A DNA stretch of 64,000 nt, from positions 137,574 through 201,573 of the forward strand of contig CAJTPT010000002.1 in NCBI GenBank assembly GCA_910578545.1. Direction: 5' to 3'. Below, one piece after another: positions 29,259-36,812 of the stretch (position 1 is the first letter of the stretch; the number at the start of each line of letters is the position of its first letter). A model generated the notes under the pieces. The model saw only the letters and a list, made by a program, of their open reading frames with translations. It was not told the DNA's origin and searched no databases. Origin of the DNA: an uncultured Christensenella sp. GTDB taxonomy: Bacteria; Bacillota; Clostridia; Christensenellales; Pumilibacteraceae. The translations under genes were made by a program, and so were the position numbers.

Positions 29259-30797
29259 ATGGCTGAAAAAAAGGCGGCAGGGTCGTCAAAAAGCAAATCC
29301 GCAAAATCTGTAAAAAAAGACGCTCAACCTAAAAAGACTCATTCAAAATCCGTAGCACACAGCAATAAACGTAAGGTTTTGTTCGTGGGATCGGAGGCTT
29401 TTCCGTTTGCGGGAACGGGCGGTTTGGGCGAGGTGCTCGGCAGTTTGCCGCGCGCGATAAATAACAGCGACGATTATGAGGCACGCGTCATTCTTCCGCT
29501 TTACGGAAGTTTTCCCGAAAACAGACGCGAGGATTTGGAATTTGTATGCTGGACTTTTATAGAGCTGTCTTGGCGGCACCAGTATTGCGGCCTCTTCCGC
29601 ATAAAAGATGGTAATACCGTATTTTACTTTATAGACAACGAGTACTATTTTAAGCGCAGTGGATTATACGGTCACGGTGACGACGGCGAACGGTTCGCTT
29701 TCTTTTGCCGTGCGGTATTGGAATTGCTTCCGCGCCTTGACTTTATGCCCGACGTTTTACATTGCAATGATTGGCAAACCGCACTCGTGCCAATATACTA
29801 TAAGCTGTTTTATATGTACCGCGACTACTGCGGCGGCATAAAAACGGTGTTTACCATTCACAACATTGAATATCAGGGCTGGTACAACCGTAGTATTATA
29901 GAGGACGTTTTCGGCATTCCCGATCGCGAATACGGAAGCTTGGAGCACTTCGGCGAAATCAATCTTATGAAGGCCGCAATCGACTATTCGGACGCGGTCA
30001 GTACGGTTAGCCCTACGTATGCCAAGGAAATAATGACAATGGAATATTCGCACGGCTTGGACGGCGATTTGGTACGCAATGCGCACAAGCTACGCGGCAT
30101 ACTTAACGGCATAGACACCGATACGTACAATCCTCAAACCAACCCTGCATTGTACGCGCATTATAACGTGACCGATAAAAGAGGCAAGGCTATTAACAAA
30201 GCGGGACTGCAAAAGCAGTTGTGGTTGCCCGTAAGACAAGACGTGCCTGTTATAGCAATGATAACCAGACTTGCGTCACACAAGGGTTTGGATATAGTGA
30301 AAGCGGCTCTGCCCGAGCTTTTGTCGCGCGACGTGCAGGTAATTGTACTCGGCACGGGCGATTGGGAATACGAGCAGTATTTTACACACATGCAGGAAGC
30401 TTACGACGGCAAAATGCGGGCGCTTATCGAGTTCAATAAGGATTTGTCGCACAAGATTTATGCGGGCGCCGATATGTTTTTGATGCCAAGCCGAAGCGAG
30501 CCTTGCGGCTTAAGCCAAATGATGGCTTGCAGATACGGCACTATCCCCATAGTGCGCGAAACGGGCGGACTCAAGGATTCCATTGTCGACGCATACAACG
30601 GCGATTTCGGCAACGGCTATAAGTTTGAGCACTATGCCGCCGATGATTTGTTAAACGCACTAAACCGCGCTATCGGCTTGTACTTGCACTATCACGACAA
30701 ATGGGAAGGGCTTGTGGACAGGGCAATGCGAACCGACTTCGGTTGGGACAACAGCGCCAAAGAATACGTCAAATTCTACAACGAATTATTAGGTTGA
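29259..30797 (+). CDS. glgA: Glycogen synthase
   Basis: TGGLGEV, HCNDWQT, TIHNIEYQG, MPSRSEPCGLSQM and RETGGL motifs. Confidence 0.96.
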   Translation: MAEKKAAGSSKSKSAKSVKKDAQPKKTHSKSVAHSNKRKVLFVGSEAFPFAGTGGLGEVLGSLPRAINNSDDYEARVILPLYGSFPENRREDLEFVCWTFIELSWRHQYCGLFRIKDGNTVFYFIDNEYYFKRSGLYGHGDDGERFAFFCRAVLELLPRLDFMPDVLHCNDWQTALVPIYYKLFYMYRDYCGGIKTVFTIHNIEYQGWYNRSIIEDVFGIPDREYGSLEHFGEINLMKAAIDYSDAVSTVSPTYAKEIMTMEYSHGLDGDLVRNAHKLRGILNGIDTDTYNPQTNPALYAHYNVTDKRGKAINKAGLQKQLWLPVRQDVPVIAMITRLASHKGLDIVKAALPELLSRDVQVIVLGTGDWEYEQYFTHMQEAYDGKMRALIEFNKDLSHKIYAGADMFLMPSRSEPCGLSQMMACRYGTIPIVRETGGLKDSIVDAYNGDFGNGYKFEHYAADDLLNALNRAIGLYLHYHDKWEGLVDRAMRTDFGWDNSAKEYVKFYNELLG

Positions 30798-30807
30798 ATA
30801 CAATGTT

Positions 30808-30836
30808 AAACGCACGACAAATCCGTGCGTTTTTTT
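30808..30836 (+). terminator. Intrinsic terminator after glgA
   Basis: AAACGCACG-loop-CGTGCGTTT followed by a T-run. Confidence 0.75.
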
Positions 30837-30859
30837 ATCGGAAAAAAGCGTTATATCCG

Positions 30860-30911
30860 TTGACAAACGACGCATAATATATTATAATTCTAAGTGTTAC
30901 ACTATGTAACA
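30860..30911 (+). promoter_or_regulatory. sigma-A promoter with a palindromic operator over the predicted start site
   Basis: Perfect TTGACA(30860)-17nt-TATAAT(30883); TGTTACA-CTA-TGTAACA at 30895-30911. Confidence 0.8.
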
Positions 30912-30937
30912 TATAGCTTTATGTCGAGGTAATGTGT

Positions 30938-31537
30938 ATGCGCACAAAAGACGGCGCGTTAATGAACGGTATACTTTCCGAAATCAATTCATTTTATGCG
31001 GAAAATAGACGAACGCCATCGACGCGAGAACTTTCCCAAAAGCTTGGGTTCAGTCATACCACAATGGCGCGATATCTACGCGCAATGGGCGAGCTGTCCA
31101 TTATAGAATATTCCGAAAACGGCATTTCGACCGATAGGATTGCAAAGTACGGTTCGGCATTTGTGGACGTGCCGCTTGTCGGTAGCGTGTCGTGCGGGTT
31201 GCCGTTACTTGCCGAGCAAAGTATCGAGGCTTATTTTCGTATGCCCGTTGAGCTTACCGGCGCGGGTGAATATTTCTTTCTCAAGGCGAACGGCGATTCC
31301 ATGATTAACGCGGGTATATCGGACGGCGATCTCGTTCTTATCAGGCGCACGACCGCCGCCGATTCGGGAGATATAGTTGTTGCCGTCGTCGATAACGAAA
31401 ATACGCTTAAACGGTTATATTATGACGAAAAAAGGCAGAAAATAATTCTACACGCCGAAAACCGTCGATACGCCGATATCGAGCTTGACGAGTGTCAAAT
31501 CCAGGGTGTGGCAGTTAAGGTCATTAAGGATTTGTAA
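30938..31537 (+). CDS. LexA-like S24 repressor
   Basis: N-terminal HTH (TPSTRELSQKLG), VGSVSCG cleavage site, GDSM catalytic Ser, TLKR catalytic Lys. Confidence 0.9.
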   Translation: MRTKDGALMNGILSEINSFYAENRRTPSTRELSQKLGFSHTTMARYLRAMGELSIIEYSENGISTDRIAKYGSAFVDVPLVGSVSCGLPLLAEQSIEAYFRMPVELTGAGEYFFLKANGDSMINAGISDGDLVLIRRTTAADSGDIVVAVVDNENTLKRLYYDEKRQKIILHAENRRYADIELDECQIQGVAVKVIKDL

Positions 31538-31551
31538 TCAAAAGGATTGAT

Positions 31552-32829
31552 ATGCAGAACAAAGCGCGAACGTATTTTTGTATAGACATGAAAACGTTTT
31601 ACGCGTCGGTCGAATGTGCCGAGCGCGGACTTAATCCGTTTGACACAAATCTTGTGGTCGCGGATCTTTCCCGCGGAAAAAATGCGCTGTGCCTTGCCGT
31701 TTCGCCTAAGATGAAAGCGCAAGGTATACGCAACCGCTGTCGCCTGTCCGAAATTCCAGATACGATCAAGTATATCGTTGCGCCGCCGCAAATGGCTCTT
31801 TATATCGAGTACGCGGCGGATATTTATTCCATCTATCTCGATTATATTTCGCCGCAGGATATACACGTGTACTCGATAGATGAGGCGTTTATCGACGTGA
31901 CCGACTATCTTAAGCTGTACCGCACCGACGCGCAAAGCTTTGTTAAAAAGCTTATTGACATGATTGCGGCTGAAAAGCATATTCCTGCAACTGCGGGCGT
32001 CGGCACCAATATGTACTTAGCTAAAATCGCACTTGATATTACGGCAAAAAAGAATAAATCGCATATCGGATTTTTGGACGAGCAAACGTACAAAGATACG
32101 CTGTGGGATCATCGACCGATTACAGACTTTTGGCAGGTAGCGGCAGGCACGGCGGCGCGGCTTGCCAAGTTTGCAATTTACGATATGCGCGGGGTGGCTC
32201 ACGCACCGCAAGAACTGTTATATAAAGAGTTTGGGGTAAATGCCGAGCTGTTAATCGATCACGCTTGGGGCAGAGAATCCTGCACTATTTCCGATATAAA
32301 AAACTACAAGAGCAAGTCGCATTCGGTATCGTTTTCGCAAATATTACCGCGTGATTACAGCTTTGCAGAAGCGCGTATCGTCATGACGGAAATGGTACGC
32401 CAGGGCGCGTACGAGCTTTTAAAACGACACGTCGTATCAGACCGAGTCAACATCTATGTCGGGTATTCCAAGAGTGAACGCCCGTCGGTAAACGCTTATT
32501 CCAATCTCGGCGTAACAACGGCATTGAATTCGTTTTTCGAGCCGGAGGTTTTACGGTTGTTTGACGAGAATGTAGATAGAGTGACGCCTATACGTAGGCT
32601 GGGTATCGGCTTTGATAACGTTGTGGACGAAGGTAAGGAAGGCTATAATCTTTTTACGGATATGACAGAGGTTGAAAGGGAAAAGAGTCGAGAGCGCGCG
32701 GTGCTCGGACTTAAAAAGAAGTACGGCAAAAATTCAGTGTTGGTCGGCACCGATTACTTGGACTGCGCCACTCAGCGCGAACGTAATACGTTTATCGGAG
32801 GACATCGAGCAGGTGATGAACAGAAGTGA
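31552..32829 (+). CDS. Y-family DNA polymerase (UmuC/UvrX-like)
   Basis: CIDMKTFYASVEC, YSIDEAFID, GVGTNMYLAK, DHAWG and C-terminal IGGHRA. Confidence 0.93.
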   Translation: MQNKARTYFCIDMKTFYASVECAERGLNPFDTNLVVADLSRGKNALCLAVSPKMKAQGIRNRCRLSEIPDTIKYIVAPPQMALYIEYAADIYSIYLDYISPQDIHVYSIDEAFIDVTDYLKLYRTDAQSFVKKLIDMIAAEKHIPATAGVGTNMYLAKIALDITAKKNKSHIGFLDEQTYKDTLWDHRPITDFWQVAAGTAARLAKFAIYDMRGVAHAPQELLYKEFGVNAELLIDHAWGRESCTISDIKNYKSKSHSVSFSQILPRDYSFAEARIVMTEMVRQGAYELLKRHVVSDRVNIYVGYSKSERPSVNAYSNLGVTTALNSFFEPEVLRLFDENVDRVTPIRRLGIGFDNVVDEGKEGYNLFTDMTEVEREKSRERAVLGLKKKYGKNSVLVGTDYLDCATQRERNTFIGGHRAGDEQK

Positions 32830-33130
32830 CCGCGCCAAACAGTTTATGCCATTCGACGCAATGAAGGGATTAAAAGAAGCTCTGCGCGAAAGAGAAGAAC
32901 GGCACAGTCGTGTGGATAAACGCATTCTTTCGGATGAAAATATACAAAAAATTTCCAATCAGCTACAGCGGCTTTCTGTCGGTGATTGCATTTCCGTAAC
33001 GTGTTATAGGGGATTTCATGAGATTGTGCTGCCGGGTAAGCTTACTCAAATTGACTTTGCATTTAAATTTATTTATGTAAATGACGAAAAAATTTTATTT
33101 GACGATATATATGATATCAAAATTTTATAA
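32816..33130 (+). CDS. YolD-like protein
   Basis: DRAKQFMPFDAMKGL motif; overlaps the polymerase stop. Confidence 0.85.
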   Translation: MNRSDRAKQFMPFDAMKGLKEALREREERHSRVDKRILSDENIQKISNQLQRLSVGDCISVTCYRGFHEIVLPGKLTQIDFAFKFIYVNDEKILFDDIYDIKIL

Positions 33131-33181
33131 TAGTTTATTATTCGATTTTTGCGACAATTATTAATCAAAATTTTTTTGTGT

Positions 33182-33210
33182 TTGACAAAATTTCGATTTT
33201 TTGCTACAAT
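33182..33210 (+). promoter_or_regulatory. sigma-A promoter of the decayed MATE gene
   Basis: TTGACA-17nt-TACAAT with TG extension. Confidence 0.75.
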
Positions 33211-33230
33211 ACTATAGAACACAACGACAC

Positions 33231-33314
33231 AAGTTGCGGATTCCCGCGTAAATCTGATTACGGTACAGTGTTACGGTAATTGGTTTGCGATTGGAATGCG
33301 CAACTTATTTTTTT
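33231..33314 (+). ncRNA. Candidate attenuator/riboswitch leader: long hairpin ending in a U-tract
   Basis: AAGTTGCG/CGCAACTT, ATTCC/GGAAT, CGTAAAT/GTTTGCG and GATTAC/GTAATT arms, then T7, about 20 nt after the -10. Confidence 0.55.
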
Positions 33315-33328
33315 GCCAAAAATAAAGT

Positions 33329-33942
33329 TTGCTGTCGTTATTGGTCAGCGCACTATATAACATTGTCGATCAAATATTCGTCGGCAACAGCGAGCTTAGC
33401 GTTTTGGGTAATGCTGCAACGGGCGTAGTGTTTCCCATTTTCATTATAGCGCAGGCTTTTGCGTGATGGATAGGCGACGGATGTGCGGCGTATCTCAATA
33501 TCTGCCAGGGCAAAAAGAACGCGCAAAATGCGCACAAATCGATAGCTATGGGGCTAATGTTTACGGTTATCGCAAGCGTGGTAAGTCAAGCGGTTATAGC
33601 TCAAGACAAGGCAATCAATCTAATAGCCGATAGAGGTGGGTGCGTAATCGTTGGCAGAGCGGCTGATTGTTCTACGCGATCGACCCGAGCTTGTTAGAGC
33701 ATTTATTTATGCACCGGATAATTATCGTATTTCGCTCATAGCCGAACTTTACGGGGATAGTACTTGTGACGCGCAAAAGAACATGAAAAAATCGGATAAG
33801 GCGCGCCGCTTACTATAAAAATATATCCAACCGTAAATGGGGCGATGTATACAACTATGACGTTGCAATAGACAGCTCGATTGGTTTAGAACAAACTGCC
33901 GCGTTGATTGCAGATTATGTAATTCACAAGACAAAAAAATAA
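33329..33942 (+). pseudogene. Pseudogene: MATE (MepA-like) N-terminus joined to a cytidylate-kinase-like C-terminus
   Basis: LVSALYNIVDQIFVG...GNAATGVVFP, in-frame TGA at 33464, then GCVIVGRAAD, FIYAP, SDKAR, YYKNISNRKWGDVYNYDVAIDSSIG; two frameshifts, no start codon. Confidence 0.85.
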
Positions 33943-34050
33943 ATATTCCATATTTATTCGGGAAATTTAATAACTTTTAATAAAACAAAAAAAACGGTTG
34001 ACGACACGTAAAGGTATGGAATAAAAGATAAATCGTTATAGAGCACATAT

Positions 34051-34096
34051 AAAAACACACGCAGGAGAGGAGCCAACGCTCTCTCTACGTGTGTCT
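34051..34096 (-). terminator. Terminator of the tRNA operon
   Basis: Minus strand ACACACGTAGAGAGAGC...GCTCCTCTCCTGCGTGTGTTTT directly after tRNA-Leu. Confidence 0.65.
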
Positions 34097-34183
34097 TGGT
34101 GCCGCTGACCGGACTTGAACCGGTACGGGCTTTCACCCGAGGGATTTTAAGTCCCTTGCGTCTGCCTATTCCACCACAGCGGC
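34097..34183 (-). tRNA. tRNA-Leu(TAA)
   Basis: GCCGCTG acceptor stem, CT-TAA-AA anticodon loop, long variable arm, GGTTCAAGTCC, encoded CCA. Confidence 0.96.
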
Positions 34184-34225
34184 CAAAATAAAAAACGCAC
34201 TTACCGTACGGCTTAATGCGTTTTT

Positions 34226-34299
34226 TGGAGGCACCACCCGGATTTGAACCGGGGGTTAGGGCTTTGCAGGCCCCTGCCTTACCACTTGGCTATGGTGCC
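34226..34299 (-). tRNA. tRNA-Cys(GCA)
   Basis: GGCACCA acceptor stem, CT-GCA-AA loop, GGTTCAAATCC, TCCA end. Confidence 0.96.
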
Positions 34300-34318
34300 G
34301 TACAGTATTATATGCAAA

Positions 34319-34394
34319 TGGTGGGAACAATAGGACTCGAACCTATGACCCTCTGCTTGTAAGGCAGATGCTCTCCCAGCTGAGCTATGCTCCC
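34319..34394 (-). tRNA. tRNA-Val(TAC)
   Basis: GGGAGCA acceptor stem, CT-TAC-AA loop, GGTTCGAGTCC, ACCA end. Confidence 0.96.
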
Positions 34395-34406
34395 AGACGC
34401 TTTACT

Positions 34407-34435
34407 ATAATATCAAATTGAAAATAAAAAATCAA
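34407..34435 (-). promoter_or_regulatory. sigma-A promoter of the Val-Cys-Leu tRNA operon
   Basis: Minus strand TTGATT-17nt-TATTAT just upstream of tRNA-Val. Confidence 0.65.
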
Positions 34436-34575
34436 CCTTTTTTGTATGACTTTTCAAAATTTTTTATTCTTTTTTGACTGCTCGATATTTTAAATGCCTT
34501 TTGCGTGCGTAAAACGGCTATCGGTTTCATACAATAGCTATGTGCCACCGAGGTCGACGCCCGGTAAGGAGAGGT

Positions 34576-35328
34576 ATGTATCAAATAACGATCAGCGTAA
34601 ACGACGACAGAGCGGATTGGTTATATTCCGTTGACGAGGTAATTAAGAATAAGCTGCAAAACTGTTTTGCCGTGTCCGCTTTAAACACAAGCGGAAAACG
34701 GGTTTACTGTTCGTTTGGATGTGAAGCGCAGTCGCGTACGCAAATGCTAAGCGCGATCAAAGACGGCTTAGTGGAAATGTTCGGTGTTGTAGGCAAATTC
34801 GATTTTATAAAGCACAACCTCGTTCTAGGCCTTCCTCAAACCAATTACGAGCTGTTACTGCATACTCTCGTCGCATTCGATCGCGAAAACGAGCACAAGC
34901 TGTTAAATCGCGTTATTCAAGTAAAGGACAACATGACGCTCGATGGCATATTTAATTTCAAGCTAGGCGAGCTCAAAGAGCGGTGGCTTGAAATATGCAA
35001 TCTTACGCGCAATAACGGCGTGTATCTTTACGACGACGAAACGTATAACGAATTACTTCGGTTTCTTATTAGCGCGGTCAATCCCAAAATAAACAAGTTG
35101 ACAGTAAAGGAATATAACGGCAGATACAATCTTTCGGGCGCGTTTAAAAACAGCGTGCTCGATATAGACGTTATCGACAGCGCCGAGCTAATGTACTATT
35201 TGATCGACCTTGCACCGCTCGAATTGGTGATTGACGGTGGAATAACAAATAATGAATTATGCAAGCGTTTGGTGGGGATATTTGATGCAAAAACCAAAAA
35301 CAGCGCAATAAATAAGACAAAAAAATAA
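34576..35328 (+). CDS. ytxC: Sporulation protein YtxC-like
   Basis: LDGIFNFKLGELKERW, ETYNELLRFL and LIDLAP motifs; AGGAGAGG SD. Confidence 0.75.
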   Translation: MYQITISVNDDRADWLYSVDEVIKNKLQNCFAVSALNTSGKRVYCSFGCEAQSRTQMLSAIKDGLVEMFGVVGKFDFIKHNLVLGLPQTNYELLLHTLVAFDRENEHKLLNRVIQVKDNMTLDGIFNFKLGELKERWLEICNLTRNNGVYLYDDETYNELLRFLISAVNPKINKLTVKEYNGRYNLSGAFKNSVLDIDVIDSAELMYYLIDLAPLELVIDGGITNNELCKRLVGIFDAKTKNSAINKTKK

Positions 35329-35358
35329 GAAAATCGCCTTATACTTGTTGCCAATCGT

Positions 35359-35387
35359 TTGATTTATCTTTTTAAATGTGCTATAAT
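35359..35387 (+). promoter_or_regulatory. sigma-A promoter of yajC
   Basis: TTGATT-17nt-TATAAT with TG extension. Confidence 0.65.
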
Positions 35388-35417
35388 CTACGTATTCTGT
35401 TTTTAGGAGAATTAAGT

Positions 35418-36080
35418 ATGGTCAAGTTTTCTTTTATAAACGCCGTAGATCCCACTACCATAATTTTTATGGTAATGCTCGGATTGTTGATAGTAGCGTT
35501 GCTTGTCGTTCCGTTCTTTACCAATAAAAAACGCGCCAAACAAACCGATGAACTTCACCGCTCGCTTCAGCCCGGCGATCTTGTTAAAACTATCGGCGGC
35601 GTAATCGGCACCATCATCGAGATTCGCGAAATTTCGCCCGTCGATAAAGAAATGGTTATAGAGACCGGTGTAGGCGATAATAAGACCACTATGACATTTG
35701 ATATTCAAGCGCTTTATCAGGTTATGAGCCGCTCGAGCACCATCGTTCCCGTTGAGGAGCCTAAGCGCGAAGAAGAGCCTCATGAGGAACCCGCTCCGGT
35801 TGTCGCGCCTATAGAAGAACAGCCCGTTCCTGCTGTTGAAGAAACCAAGCCTGTAGAAGAAGCTCAACCCGTAGCGGAAGAGCCTACATCTAATGCGGAA
35901 CAACCCGCCGAAGAGCCCGCCGTTGTCGAACAAGCGGCTACTGAAGAGCCTACGTCCGATGCGACACCCAAAGCAACTGCACCCAAAAAGAAGCCTGCTA
36001 ACAGCGGAGCAAAAAAGAGTAGCGGTACCAAATCGAGTAGCGCTAAGTCAGCCGGCGCAAAGACGCAAAACAAGAAATAA
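35418..36080 (+). CDS. yajC: Preprotein translocase subunit YajC with long low-complexity tail
   Basis: One TM segment then SLQPGDLVKTIGGVIGTI; Glu/Pro/Ala-rich then Lys/Ser-rich tail. Confidence 0.88.
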   Translation: MVKFSFINAVDPTTIIFMVMLGLLIVALLVVPFFTNKKRAKQTDELHRSLQPGDLVKTIGGVIGTIIEIREISPVDKEMVIETGVGDNKTTMTFDIQALYQVMSRSSTIVPVEEPKREEEPHEEPAPVVAPIEEQPVPAVEETKPVEEAQPVAEEPTSNAEQPAEEPAVVEQAATEEPTSDATPKATAPKKKPANSGAKKSSGTKSSSAKSAGAKTQNKK

Positions 36081-36137
36081 TTAAACACGAATATTTAAAA
36101 ATCCCTCCGCATACTGTAAAGTGTACGGAGGTTTTTT

Positions 36138-36536
36138 ATGCGCATCAAAAAGAATACTGTCGATCGTGACAGGGGATACATTTTCGAGATAGTAAAAGCA
36201 AATATCATTGCGCTTATTTTTGCGCTTCTCGCAATGCTTTTATCGGCGCTTATAGTCAAGCTGTGCAATGTGTCGGACGGGGCTATTCCCATTATCAATC
36301 AAGTAATAAAAAGCTTGGCGATATTCGTCGGTTGCATAGTGTCGCTCAAAAAGTCTAATAACGGTTGGTTGCGCGGTATCATTTGCGGATTTACGTTTGT
36401 GTGGCTGTCCTACGTAGTTTTTTCGGCTTTGCAAAGCAACTTCGTTTTCGGGCTGTCGCTACTTAACGATTGTGTACTCGGCATGGTTACGGGTATGATA
36501 AGCGGAATAATCGCGGTCAACATTCGTAAGCATTAA
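36138..36536 (+). CDS. TIGR04086-type membrane protein
   Basis: Four TM segments, NGWLRG and GMISGIIAVN; usual position between yajC and scfA. Confidence 0.8.
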   Translation: MRIKKNTVDRDRGYIFEIVKANIIALIFALLAMLLSALIVKLCNVSDGAIPIINQVIKSLAIFVGCIVSLKKSNNGWLRGIICGFTFVWLSYVVFSALQSNFVFGLSLLNDCVLGMVTGMISGIIAVNIRKH

Positions 36537-36578
36537 ATATATCGATCGCGGAATTTTTAGTTTATATTATGTAATCAC

Positions 36579-36607
36579 TTGATTTTGCGTAAAAGATATA
36601 GTATAAT
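36579..36607 (+). promoter_or_regulatory. sigma-A promoter of scfAB
   Basis: TTGATT-17nt-TATAAT. Confidence 0.65.
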
Positions 36608-36635
36608 TATACAAAAGACGAATGGAGGCAATATC

Positions 36636-36812
36636 ATGGCTCATATCAAAGTTATCAGAAGAAACACAAACGACAACGGTTGCGATACCGCATGCGGTGA
36701 GTGTCAAACAAGCTGCCAGTCAGCTTGCAAAACAAGCTGCACGGTAGGCAATCAGTCGTGCGAGCGCAAAACCGTTAAAGTTCTTAACTCTAACAAAAAC
36801 CAAAACAACTAA
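36636..36812 (+). CDS. scfA: SCIFF (ranthipeptide) precursor peptide
   Basis: MAHIK leader and CGECQTSCQSACKTSCTVGNQSCE core; GGAGG SD. Confidence 0.96.
   Translation: MAHIKVIRRNTNDNGCDTACGECQTSCQSACKTSCTVGNQSCERKTVKVLNSNKNQNN

Noticed and set aside
30800..30860. att-site duplication of the tRNA-Leu 3' end at the left islet boundary
   Set aside because: No matching sequence seen by eye
32672..32815. Long N-terminal extension of the YolD ORF suggesting frameshift fusion to the polymerase
   Set aside because: The ATG at 32816 gives the normal family start and no slippery site is evident
33353..33934. Short minus-strand ORFs in the islet as small proteins
   Set aside because: They are the antisense of the MATE/kinase pseudogene
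33997..34030. TTGACG promoter-like element antisense to the tRNA operon
   Set aside because: No convincing -10 at the correct spacing
35740..35960. GAAGAGCC/GAAGAA repeats as a possible CRISPR or tandem array
   Set aside because: Irregular, in-frame codons of the Glu/Pro-rich YajC tail; no constant repeat-spacer period and no cas genes
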